Both the position numbers and the translations under genes were made by a program. From NCBI GenBank assembly GCA_030704615.1, contig CM060734.1, positions 12,648,001 to 12,712,000 of the forward strand: a stretch of 64,000 nt of DNA, read 5' to 3'. This document shows positions 13,711-25,800 of this stretch, piece by piece. The stretch comes from Takakia lepidozioides (taxonomy: Eukaryota; Plantae; Bryophyta). Numbering within the stretch: position 1 is the stretch's first letter; the number at the start of each line of letters is the position of its first letter. The notes below the pieces were generated by a model that did not search any database, had not been told where the DNA came from, and saw only the letters and a program-made list of their open reading frames with translations.

Positions 13711-14835
13711 TGCACCATGTGCTGGCCCAAATTAGGTGCTTTGCAATGCTTTCATTAATGTTGTTGAAACTACATTTTCTGAAAACAAACAACCACTGAC
13801 AACTACAAAACCAATGCAATGCACTCCCACTACAAGGAATCGCCAAAATAATGACTCAAAAAACGACTGGAAACCCAGTCGTTTCAGTCAAAAAATGACT
13901 GGGCGACTACGAGTCCGAAAGGACAAGACCTATCGGACAGCCCAGTCGTTTCGGTCATTACGTGGTTGGAGTCGTTCTAGTCAGTCGTGACGCCGACTGC
14001 AGGGTAATTTTTAAGGTGTGGCCACGTGGCATCGCCACGCGCGGTGTTGACTGAATCTTGGACCTTGACCACAGTGGACTTTTGACCGGGGGGTTCCGAC
14101 TTTCCCACCGTGTGTACGCCGGGAATACAGCCGCGTGGCTTGGTGTGAAAACTCCACGTGTTCTCTTGGAGGCAGGACACGCACCGTAGCCGCGTTGCTT
14201 CACGCTGCTGAATAGTTACGATCTCGTACTACACGAGCACTAACCACTAGTTCAAAAATAACTAGCAAGTCGTTTCAACGACTGCACGGTCAGACTGCGA
14301 AGTTGTGAACTACGTCTCAGAGTGTTGGACTTGTAGTAGCGACCGGACTAGAGGTTATCTTCAAGGACACGCGTGGTTTCCCGGGTTTCGCCACTTGCTG
14401 GCCTGAGGGCATAGCACGTGGCGTAGTGAGTTGTCTGTTGGTTGCCTTCACTACTTGCAAGTGGAGTCGACAACTGGAGTGTTGAAGTGACAGATGCAAC
14501 TGGAGGTTTGAAATGCACTACCTCACTAGTGACTACATCGACTGTGGGTTGGGAACCAGGCACTCCTGCTGGTTGCACTGACTTGGGGGCTGCGACTTGT
14601 AGTTCATACATGTGCAATATTGTTTCTACTGTGTCTGAATAGCAACACGGATGCTACGATCGATCTACTACAGCATTGCAACCAACATAATCCCTGCACA
14701 TTGGGGATGATTATGTCATTGCCCATGTGATTCAGACTTCAAAACATACAGACCATGCCATCAATGCACGAAATCAAATGAGCTGCATGAAGAAGAGCAC
14801 GTGACAATGTATTAAGATAACTGTGTTGTCACTTT

Positions 14836-16150
14836 GGCAGTATCATGTCAAAGTCACTCCAAACTATCAAAGGTTCACTCAACCAGCTAACTTGCAGAAT
14901 TCAACATGAAAATTTAGGGCCGATTCTGATAAGAGGGGAAAACAGGGTGAAGTGTGTTGAAGAAGGTGCCTTGATTAGCAGTGACTGATTTTATGAATTG
15001 TGCCGCTGCTGCTGTGGCTTCCAGTTGACCATGTACCCATGCAGGTTTCCCTTCCACAATGAATCATAGGTAATCTGGAGCTTGAAATCCGGCCCTCTTG
15101 GATGAATCTGGACCCACACTCTATCCCTGCTCCTTCAGCTATCCATGCGTCTGCACAAATCATGCATTCATCCTTGCACTTGTTGCTAGCAGATGACAAC
15201 GACAGCATAGAGTTGTTCTAGGAAATACCCAACTTAGCTTATCACTCTAGTTCTTATGCTGAATTGTGTCGGCTACTCTCTATAATCTAACAGACATTCA
15301 CCTTTTGGTCTCGATTGTCCCACCGTTGACTGGGGTCAGAAACGTGTTCCTTCCCCAACTTCTCCTCATCTCTGTTACTTGTTTTCCGATACTTTCATGG
15401 TGTCACATTGGCAGTATCATGTTAAAGTCACACCAAACTAGATTCACTCAACCAGCTAACTTGAAGAATTCAACATGGAAATTTAGGGCCGGTTCTGATA
15501 AGAGGGAAAAACAGGGTGAAATGTGTTGAAGAATGTGCCTTCATTAGCAGTGCCTGATTTTATCAATTGTCCCGCTGCTGCTGCGGCTTCCTGTTGACCA
15601 TCTTCCCATGCAGGTTTGTTGTAGCTATCCTTCCACAGGGAATCATAGGTAATCTGGAGGTTGAAATCCGACCCTCTTGGATGAATCTGGACCCACACTC
15701 TATCCCTGCTCCTTCAACCATCTATGCCTCTGCACAAATCATGCATACATCCTTGCCTTGCTGCTAGCAGCTAACAATGACAGCCTACATTTGTTCTAGG
15801 AAACACCCAACTCAGCTTATCACACTCATTCCTATGCTGAATTGCGTCTGCTACTCTCTGTAATTATACAGGCATTTACCTTTTTGCCTCGGTTGTCCCA
15901 CCATTGACTGGGGTCAGAAAAGTACTCATTCCACAGCTTCTCATCATCTCTGTTACCTATTTTTGGATACTTTACTGTTGTCAGTATCATGTCAAAGTCA
16001 CTCCAAACTATCAAAGGTTCACTCAACCAGCTAACTTGCAAAATTCAACATGGAAGAAGAAGGATTCTGATAAGAGGAAAAAAACAGGGTGAAATGTGTT
16101 GAAGAAGGTGCCCTCATTAGCAGTGTCTGATTTTATCAATTGTGGCACCG
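14836..16150 (-). pseudogene. About 2.3 tandem ~574-bp units, each with a two-exon OSB/PTAC9-type PDF motif
   Basis: Exon A KLWNEYFSDPSQWWDNRGKK|gt, intron, ag|exon B IHPRG(P/S)DF(K/N)LQITYDSLWKDSYNKPAW; matches the LW..F..P..WWDNR..K.NP..PDFK....LW.....P.WV motif of organellar ssDNA-binding proteins. Confidence 0.8.
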
Positions 16151-16160
16151 CTACCCATAC

Positions 16161-17287
16161 AGTGCAATGCTTGCAGGGTATGCACAGCAGGGACGAGGGA
16201 TGGAGGCTTTGGAGACCTATGAGCAAATGATGGGGGAAACACATCATGTGCGATGCTTGCAGGGTATGCACAGCAGGGACATGGGATTGAGGCTTTGGAG
16301 ACCTATGAGCAAATGATGTGCGACGGGGTGAAGCCCGACCATATCATGTTTGTGTGCGTTTGCAGTGCGTGTGCAAGCCTGGCAGCCCTGGAAAAGGGCG
16401 AAGAGGTGCATGCGACATTGTCAGAGCTGGAATTGTACCAGATGTGATCCTGAACACTGCCCTGGTGGACATGTATGCCAGATGTGGGTGCATGGAGGAT
16501 GCAAAGGGAGTGCTCGACAATATGGCTGAACGAGATGTGGTGTCGTGGAATGCGATGATCGCAGGATATGCACAACATGGTTGTCATAGGGAGGTTGTGC
16601 AACTATTTGAAGGAATGCAAAAGAACGGCTTGAAGCCGAGCAATATCACCTTTATATGTGTTCTCTCTGCATGCAGCCACGCTGGCCTACTGAATGAATG
16701 AAGACGCTACTTTGATTCCCTGAATCAAGATCATGGTGTCACTCCGATAGTAAAGCACTTTGGCTGCATGGTGGACCTCCTTGGATGTGAGGGACAACCG
16801 GATGAGGCAGTGGACATGATTAATAAAATGCCCATAAATCCAGGTGTTGTGGTGTGGAAGGCATTGCTTGGTGCCTGCAGAATCCATGGTAATGTGGAGA
16901 TGGTTGAACGTGCAACAACATCTATCCTCATGTGGGCTGAACAGGATGTCGTGACTTATGTGTTGCTCTCAAACATCTATGTTGCAGCTGGCAGGTGGGA
17001 TGATACTGCAAAGGTGAGAAGAATGATGAAGGTCAAAGGGGTTAGAAACGAGCCAGGTTGCTGCTACATTGAGGTTGGCAACAGGGTGCACACCTTCGTT
17101 GTAGATGACAAGTTGCATCCCAGAATTAAGGAAATCCATGCTGAGTTGAGAAGATTGGCTGGGAAGATGAAGGAGGCGGGGTATGTGCCTAACAGGAGCT
17201 TTGTATTGCATGATGTGGGGGAGGAGGAAAATGAATTTTCTCTTTGCCACCATAGTGAGAAGCTGGCCATTGGTTTTGGCATATCCA
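16161..17287 (+). pseudogene. PLS-class PPR C-terminus: P-L-S-P2-L2-S2-E1-E2 plus N-terminal half of DYW domain
   Basis: DVVSWNAMIAGYAQHG, TFICVLSACSHAGL, HFGCMVDLLG, VVWKALLGACRIHGN, YVLLSNIY, PG box EPGCCYIEV, GYVP, HHSEKLAIGFG. Frameshift near 16412, TGA at 16699-16701, truncated before CxxC and the DYW tail. Confidence 0.93.
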
Positions 17288-17469
17288 CGGGAAATGATAG
17301 TGGGGTCTACCCAGCATAGGTGGGAAGTCAGCCCATAATTGCACTTGATTAAAGGGGTGATATTGGACTGACTTTGGTGATAGTGGATGGAATCAGAGTG
17401 TTGTCCTAATTCTGGGTTTGGGGGGTATGGCTGAATGAGATGTGGTGTCGTGTTTGTTGCATGAATTCT

Positions 17470-18113
17470 AGGCTGTCATTGTCAGTTGCTAGCAACAAGG
17501 CAAGGATGTATGCATGATTTGTGCAGAGGCATGGATAGCTGAAGGAGCAGGGATGGAATGTGGGTTTTGATTCATCCAAGAGGGCCGGATTTCAAGCTTC
17601 AGATCACCTATGACTCCCTGTGGAAGGATAGCTACAAGAAACCTGCATGGGTAGATGGTCAACTGGAAGCCGCAGCAGCATCGGCACGATTGATAAAATC
17701 AAGCACTGCTCATGAAGGCACCTTCTTCAACACGTTTCACCTTGTTTTTCCCTCTGATCAGAATCGGCCCTAAATGTTGAATTCTGCAAATTAGCTAGTT
17801 GAGTGAACCTTAAATAGTTTGGAGTGACTTTGACATGATACTGCCAATGTGACAACAAGATTAGTATCCAGAAACAGGTAACAGAGACGAGGAGAAGCTG
17901 TGGAATTAATACTTTTCTGACCCAGTCAACGGTGGGACAATCGAGCAAAAAGGTGAATGCCTGTTGGATTACAAAGAGTAGCAGATGCAATTGAGCATAG
18001 GAACTAGAGTGATAAGTTGAGTTGGGTGTTTCCTAGAATAGATGTAGGCTATCATTGTCAGCTTCTAGCAGGAAGGCAAGGATGTATGCATGATTTTGTG
18101 CAAGGCATGGATA
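17470..18113 (+). pseudogene. Inverted copy of the OSB PDF-motif unit
   Basis: Reverse complement of the 14836-16150 units; translates IHPRGPDFKLQITYDSLWKDSYKKPAWVDGQLE. Confidence 0.85.
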
Positions 18114-21065
18114 TCTCGTTCAGCCATAATGTCGAACACTCCCTTTGCATCCTAGATGCACCCACATTTTGCAAACATGTCCACCAGGGTATTGTTCAGA
18201 ATGACATTTGGTACAATTCCAGCTCTGAAGATGTCACCATGCACTTCTTTCCATTTTTCCAGAGCTGCCAGGGTAGTGTTCAGATTGACATTTGGTACAA
18301 TTCCAACTTTGATGATATCCCCATGCACCTCTTTGCCCTTCTCCAGGGCTTCCAGGCTTGCACAAGCATTGCAAATGCACACAAACATGATGTGCTTCCC
18401 CCATCATTTGCTCATAGGTCTCCAAAGCCTCCACCCCACGTCCCTGCTGTGCATACCCTGCAAGCATTGCACTCCACGACACCACATCTGGTTCAACCAT
18501 AGTGTCGAACACTCCCTTTGCATCCTAGATGCACCCACATTTTGCAAACATGTCCACCAGGGTATTGTTTAGAATGACATCTGGTACAATTCCAGCTCTC
18601 AAGATGTCGCCATGGACCTCTTTCCCCTTTTCCAGAGCTGCCAGGGCAGTGTTTTGAATGACATTTGGTATAATTCCAACTTTGACGATATCCCCATGTA
18701 CCTCTTTGCCCTTCTCTAGGGCTGCTAGGCTTGCACGACGCCACATCCTGTTCAGCCATAGTGTTGAACACTCCCTTTGCATCCTAGATCCACCCACATT
18801 TTGCAAACATGTCCACTAGGGTATTGTTCCGAATGACATCTGGTACTATTCCAGCTCTGAAGATGTTGCCATGCACCTCTCTCCCCTTTTCCAGAGCTGC
18901 CAGGGCAGTGACATTTGGTACAATTCCAACTTTGATGATATCCCCATGTACCTCTTTGCCCTTCTCCAGGGCTGCCAGGCTTGCACAACCATTGCAAATG
19001 CACACAAACATGATGTGCTTCCCCCATCATTTGCTCATAGGTCTCCAAAGCCTCCATCCCACGTCCCTGCTGTGCATACCCTGCAAGCATCGCACTCCAC
19101 GACACCACATCTCCTTCAGCCATAGTGTCGAACACTCCCTTTGCATCCTAGATGCACCCACATTTTGCAAACACGTCCATCAGGGTATTGTTCAGAATGA
19201 CATCTGGTACAATTCCAGCTCTCAAGATGTCGCCATGGACCTCTTTTCCCCTTTTCCAGAGCTGCCAGGGCAGTGTTTTGAATGACATTTGGTACAATTC
19301 CAGCTTTGACGATATCCTCATGCACCTCTTTGCCCTTCTCTAGGGCTGCCAGGCTTGCACGACGCCACATCCTGTTCAGCCATAGTGTTGAACACTCCCT
19401 TGGCATCCTAGATGCACCCACATTTTGCAAACATGTCCTCTAGGGTATTGTTCCGAATGACATCTGGTACTATTCTAGCTCTAAAGATGTTGCCATGCAC
19501 CTCTCTCCCCTTTTCCAGAGCTGCCAGGGCAGTGTTTAGAATGACATTTGGTACAATTCCAGCTTTGATGATATCCCCATGCACCTCTTTGCCCTTCTCC
19601 ACGGCTGCCAAGCTTGCACAAGCATTGCAAATGCACACAAACATGATGTGCTTCCCCCATCATTTGCTCATAGGTCTCCAAAGCCTCCATCCCACGTCCC
19701 TGCTGTGCATACCCTGCAAGCATCGCACTCCACGACACCACATCTCATTCAGCCATAGTGTCGAACACTCCCTTTGCATCCTCGATGCACCCACATTTTG
19801 CATACATGTCCACTAGGGCCGTGTTTAGAATGGCATTTGGTACAATTCCAGCTCTGACGATGTCGCCATGGACATTTGGTACACTTCTAGCTTTGAAGAT
19901 GTCACCATGGACCTCTTTTTCCCCTTTTCCAGGGCTCCCAGGCTTGCACACGCATTGCAAACACAAACAGTCGTGATGTGGTTCGGCTTCACCCCTTCGT
20001 GCATCATTCGCTCATCCAAAGCATCGTACCACATACATATCTGAATCTGGAGATGCTCCTTGGTTTAAAGTCTGTAAAGCCTTTTTCAGTCTGCCTACCT
20101 CACAAAGCATCTTCACGTGCCCAGAAGAGCCAAAAGAGGCATTATGGACTCCCTCTCTTTATCCTCTTTCAGAAGCCAACGAGGTAACTTACAGAATTTA
20201 GTATGCATTTTAGGGCCGAGCCTCCATCCCGCGCCCAAGCTGTGCATATCCTGCGATCATGGCGTTACAAGACACCACATCTCCTTCAGTCATATTGTCA
20301 AACACTCCCTTTGCATCCTCGATGCACCCACAATTGGCATACATGTCCACGAGGGTATTGTTCAGAACAATATCTGGTTCAATTCCCGCTGTGATGATGT
20401 CACCATGGACCTCTCTGCCCTTTTCCAGGGCTGCTAGGCTTGCACACGCATTGCAGACACAAATAAAGGTGATGTGATTGGGCTTCACCCCTTCCCACCA
20501 TTTTCTCATAGGTCTCCAAAGCCTCCATCCCACACCCATGTTGTGCATATCCTACAATCATTGCACTCCAAGACACCACATTTCGTTCAGCCATTAGGTC
20601 GAACACTCCCTTTGCATCCTCAATGCACCCACATTTAGCATACATGTCCACCGGGGTACGATTCAGAATGACATCTGGTAAAATTCCAGCTTTGACAATG
20701 TCCCCATGGACTTCCTTGCCCTTATCCAGTGCTGCCAGGCTTGCATACACCTTGCAAACCTAACCTGGGGTGATCTGGTCGGGCTTCACCACTTCCCTCA
20801 TCATTTGCTCATAGGTCTCCAAAGCCTCCATCTCACGCCCCTGCTGTGCATAAGCTGTGATCATCGCAGTCCAAGACACCACATCTCGTTCGGCCATATT
20901 GTCCAACACTCCCTTTGCATCCTCGATGCTCCCACATTTTGCATACATGTTCATCAGAGCAGTGTCCAGAACAACATCTGGTACGATTCCAGCTTCGACA
21001 ATGTTAGCATGGACCTCTTTGCCCTTTTGCAGGGCTGCCAGGATCACACATGCATTGCAAACACA
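18114..21065 (-). pseudogene. Tandem array of degenerate PLS-PPR repeats (about 9 S-motif copies)
   Basis: Repeated CVCNACASLAALEKGKEVHGDI..AGIVPDVILN..LVDM(Y/F)AKCGCI(E/*)DAKGVFD.MAE.DVVSW.AM.AGYAQQG with frameshifts and stops. Confidence 0.93.
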
Positions 21066-21575
21066 GTACATGAAGCAAGACAAGAAGAAGGAGATGGAGG
21101 TCGCGTTCGCCGAGCAGGAGTGACTTGAAAATCTCGCTAAGTCCTCGGCCCCCTCACTGCGACTTACGGAGCCCACAACCCGAGCTCCCTATCAATTGTC
21201 CCGCTCGCAATTCAACGCATGTCATTGTAATTTCAAAATAGTGCCATATGGGTTACAATTGAAAAAAATGTCCCCGGGGGGTCCAACCCGCAGTTGTCAA
21301 CACGACTACAAATTTCATTAATATAAAAAATATGTTTTCCCGATTTTTGGAAATCAGCCTATAAATCGGCGTGAAACCCGGAGTTCACTTCTGCGACTTG
21401 TATACTCCATCCTTATGCCAGCATGGCATAAAAACGACTGCGACGACTGGCAAGTCGTCATTCACAACCTGGAGTCCCATGCGCAGTCATTTCGGACAGA
21501 ATCGCAAACACGAGTCGGGTGCGAAAAGCACCTATTCCGTGTAGTGTCCCCAAAACCCAGGTGTGATATTCACAC

Positions 21576-22520
21576 CTTCCAGTAAGGCAATTCAAACAGA
21601 ATGGACAGTCGTTTTATGCCATGGAGCTTGGATGGATCGTCATCTGCGCCTGCAGTCCCACCATCATCAATCCATTGTTTGTAATGTCGTGCACGCTCCA
21701 TGATTTCGGTGGCTGTCACTGTATGTGGAGCAGGTCTCATGTCTCGCGCCCCATTAAAAAGCCTGGATCTTCTGTAGGCATGGTTTTCGGGAAGATATCG
21801 TCGATGCCCCTGGAATATCAATTTCTTGCAAGCTAGGGAATATCTGGAATCGACTTGAGGTCCACATGCTGGACAAGCAATGTACCCTTTGGTGAACCTG
21901 ACCTGATAGCAAGCCGTAGGCAGGGAAGGACCACATGAGGACTGCCCGCATGGTAAATGCCCGCTGTCCTTCACTGCCTGCCACGTCCAAGGCTGGAACT
22001 CCCACCCACAATGTCGCTAGCTCCTCTAGTAGTGGTTGCAGGTAAACATCCAGATTCTCACTTGTCACAGATTCCTTTCTAGGAATCAGGAGTGTTAACA
22101 TGACAAAAAAATTCTTAGCAACCAACCATGGAGGCAGATTATAATTGAGCACCAGGATGGGCCACGTGGACCAAGATTGGGATTTGGTGCCATAAGGATT
22201 CACCCTATCCAGCGCCAATCCAAGACGAAGATTGCGAGGATCTGATGCAAACTCCGGCCATGTGTTGTCAATAAGGCGCCAAACCTTACTATCTGCAGCA
22301 TGTCGGACCATGCCATCTGCACTTCTGTGATTGCTATGCCACTGCATAAGCTGTGCAAGCGACTTAGCTCGGAACATCCGTTTCAATCTAGGTATGAGAG
22401 GAAAGTGTCGCAGCACCTTCTTGGGCACCTTTCCACGGCTTCCACGGCCGCTTTTGTATCGGGGACTCTCAGACTGGCACTTGGGGCAAATTGCTGCCTT
22501 CTCGAGCTCTCCATGAAAAT
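21576..22520 (-). pseudogene. CACTA TnpD transposase, Transposase_21-like part of host element 1
   Basis: KVLRHFPLIPRLKRMF, MVRHAADSKVW, FASDPRNLRLGLA, STWPILVLNYNLPPW, DVYLQPLLEEL, GHRRYLP, ILFELPYWK|gt donor at 21575. Confidence 0.92.
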
Positions 22521-22845
22521 GGTTGGGAATTGCTCCATTTGCATCCAAAAAATATATGTACATTGGCACATTCAGCCTAAAACCTAAACCCTAATCACCA
22601 ATCCCTACCGGTGCCACAATAGGGGCTACGATATGTGTACATGACTAATCACCATCCCCTACTACAAGTTTCCTCCGCGGCCGTATATTAAATGAATTGT
22701 GAATGTATTTATAGATCCAAGTACAAGAGCAAATGAGGTCAGCGAACCCTCCAAGGGGCACGCAGGCCAAGGTGGTCAATAGTACTGGTATTGGCCGCGG
22801 AGAACTTGAGGCCCAGGCGACCATATTGCCCAAGACGGTGACGAG

Positions 22846-25800
22846 GTGGAAAATGAACACAATATGGACACTGACGATGTGAGAGCCCTGGAGGATTTGT
22901 TAATGAACCACTTGGGGGAGGGAGAACAAATTGGGGAGGATATGGCTCGCCCGGCCACATTGGATGAAGATGCCGACCCAAATCCAATGGAAGCCGAGGC
23001 AAACACACCCTTGTATAAAGGAGCAAGAGTGAGTCAACTTTCCACTATACTGTTGTTGCTTAATTTGCAATCCCGGTTCGGCATAAGCAACGTTGGCATG
23101 TCCACAATCATGCGCACAATTGTGGACCACATCCTCGCCCCCCATTTGGAGCATAAAATGCCACGTTCAAGAAAAGAGGCAAGACAGGTTCTAGACACAG
23201 TGGGGATGGGCTACAAATTTTTCCATGCATGTCCTTGTGATCGCACCTTGTACTATGGAGAGCATGCGTGTGCTACCACGTGTCCCAAGTGCAAAAAATC
23301 TAGATACCGAGATGATGTTCAAGGAAAGAAGATCCCACGAATGGTACATTTCTCTTATATTCTCTTTCCTGCCATTTATATTTATATACATATATACATG
23401 TGTCCACCAACTAATATATCATTTTAGGGTGTAGTGTTTAAGAGGTTGTATCATTCCAATATTATTAGGGTATGCATATAGGTTATATGAATCCTTCAAC
23501 TAATGTAGATTTTACAAAATATCTACATACAAACCTTGGGTCAAAGCACACTAATAGGACCCAAGAAGGATGTCACAAACTGTTTTATAGCACATATGGC
23601 GCAATCGATCCAAATTTAGGATATTGAGTTCAGTATGAAACCACAGACACATTATATGATTGGAAAGCCCTTGAAGTTCTTGTCATGCCCATATAATTTT
23701 TTTGTGATTTGACAAGTTTAAGGGGTCCTAAAGGAGTCTTGAATAGCACAAGGTTCAAATGTCCCAAAATATTGTAGTCCTTTAGGACTCATTTTCACAC
23801 CCATAATATGTGAAGGTCCTATTAGGGATTTTCATGTGCTTATGTAAGGTATGGAAGAATGCAAAAAGGACAGTAGACCTGCAAAACCAGAAAACCCCAT
23901 TATCATAGGAATTTTCTACTACGCGGTATGCATAACTTAGGGGCACCAAACTTTGGTACTACTAAACCTCAAAATTTGAACATAGTTCTTTCACCAAAAG
24001 TGTTTAGCTACTGAAAAGGAAGAAGGCCATGTCCTTGAAATGGCTACAAGGTCCTCCAATTTTGAATTTGAGGCCAAAATGAGTTCTTACAAATAGTGTA
24101 TCATTCATTGCAAATTGTTTTGAAATTAAAAATATATCAAATAAACTCATAAAAATTATACGAGCATCTGCAGCACTGAAGTACATCAAACACACCAAAC
24201 CTGGCTTGGATGCGATGAGGGGAAAGCAAATGGTGGCAAACGGAAGTCGAGTTAGTATCGTAAACTCAAAATTAGTGGTGTACGAGCAAAATTGGAGGTG
24301 TACAAGAGGGTGTACGAGCATCCGATGGATGGGGTTTAGGTGCCCACTATCATCTGTCAATTTCATCACATTTTCATCGCAACATGTCATGTCCACGCAC
24401 CGCGGTGTAACGCGCCAACAGTCAAAATTTAGTCCTTTTCAGGAGTGTCAGTGGTACATTAGCATGCTTTCACCCCCTTTGCAAATATATACCCTTACGT
24501 ACAATATGTGGATCCAAATGACAGAAAATAAATATTGATATATTTGTTGTGTTTGTAGGGGAGGTTAGAAAATGCATTATTTTCCACTCATCCCGCGCTT
24601 GAAAGCACAATTCCGGAGTCTATCATTTGCCCAACTCATGAAGTGGCATGCGGAGCATTGGAGCCCTCCCAGAAAGATGTGCGGCCCTCACGATTCGCCG
24701 GCATGGAAACACACCGAGGAACAATGGCCTTTTCAATATGGCCTGTGACTTTGGTTACTACAGTTAATCCCTATTATCTTGCTATCAAGAAGGGTCATAT
24801 CATGTTGGCTGCCATTGTGCCAGGTGAATGACATTTTTGTTGCTTTAGGATGTACGTCGTAGTACAATGTCGAATATATATGGAACTAAGCATTTGTTCT
24901 GTTTGAATTTGAAACGATCTTATATATATTGCAAATAATTTGTGTTGTAGGGAAAAAACAAGTTGTGAATATGGATGTGTATCTGCGTCCATTGGTTGAC
25001 GAACTCAAGATATTATGGAATGGAGTTCCAGCTTATGATGCATCGGCACCCACTGGCCAACGTTCTTTTCTCTTGCGAGGGCTTTTGCTATGGACAATGC
25101 ATGACTATCCAGGTACATTTTAATTTGATATTACCTATAATATATATATATTCTACCGTATATCATGTGTTTCTATGTGCTCGTCATGATTTTTCTTTAG
25201 CAATTCATGTTTACGCTCGGTTCATTAAAATTATACGAGGCGATGAATGTTAAATCCCAACTAAATTCATGGTTTTGTGCAGGGCTTTCAGTTTGTTCGG
25301 GACTAAGCACAAAGGGGTAAGCAACATGTTCATGTTGTGGGCCGGATAACCTTGATGCAAAGCATTCGAAGAACGTCGCGAAAATGATCTATCCCAACTA
25401 TCGGAAATTTCTTCCTCTCAACCATCCATGGAGAACGAAAGGCAAGAAATTATTTGATGGGACCGTGGAGAGGAGACCTCCACCCGTGCGTCCCCCTGGG
25501 TCATTTTGGAAAGCCCGGTGGCAAGAGGTGTTGGATAAAAAATGCCGGCTCAAGAGGTGTGGCATGTCCCGGCTCTCAATCTTCTACGAGTTACCTTATT
25601 GGGAGGTACACGTACGAAATGCATTGCACCATACATATTTCATTGAATGTCATGACATATTCATATGAAATTGCACCGAGTTCAGGGTTTATGGAAATTT
25701 CATGATGCGCCGGATCTGAAAATCCGGCACCTCCTTGATCCCATGCATATTGAGAAGAATGTGTGCTCGTCACTTATTCGTGTACTGGCAAACTTAACCG

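Larger units (their letters stand above)
13828..21546. mobile_element. Non-autonomous Pack-CACTA element (7719 bp) carrying captured PPR/DYW and OSB PDF-motif fragments
   Basis: Left TIR CACTACAAGGAAT (13828); right end ATTCCGTGTAGTG (to 21546, reverse complement CACTACACGGAAT); 3-bp TSD TCC at 13825-13827 and 21547-21549; CGACT/AGTCG subterminal repeats at both ends. Confidence 0.92.
8922..22570 (-). mobile_element. Decayed CACTA (En/Spm) element 'host 1'; putative terminus at 8922, other end lost
   Basis: CACTACAACAGATT at 8922 followed by GACT/AGTC subterminal-type repeats to ~9200; TnpD pieces at 11758-13710 and 21576-22520. Linking the 8922 end to this transposase is inference. Confidence 0.55.
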
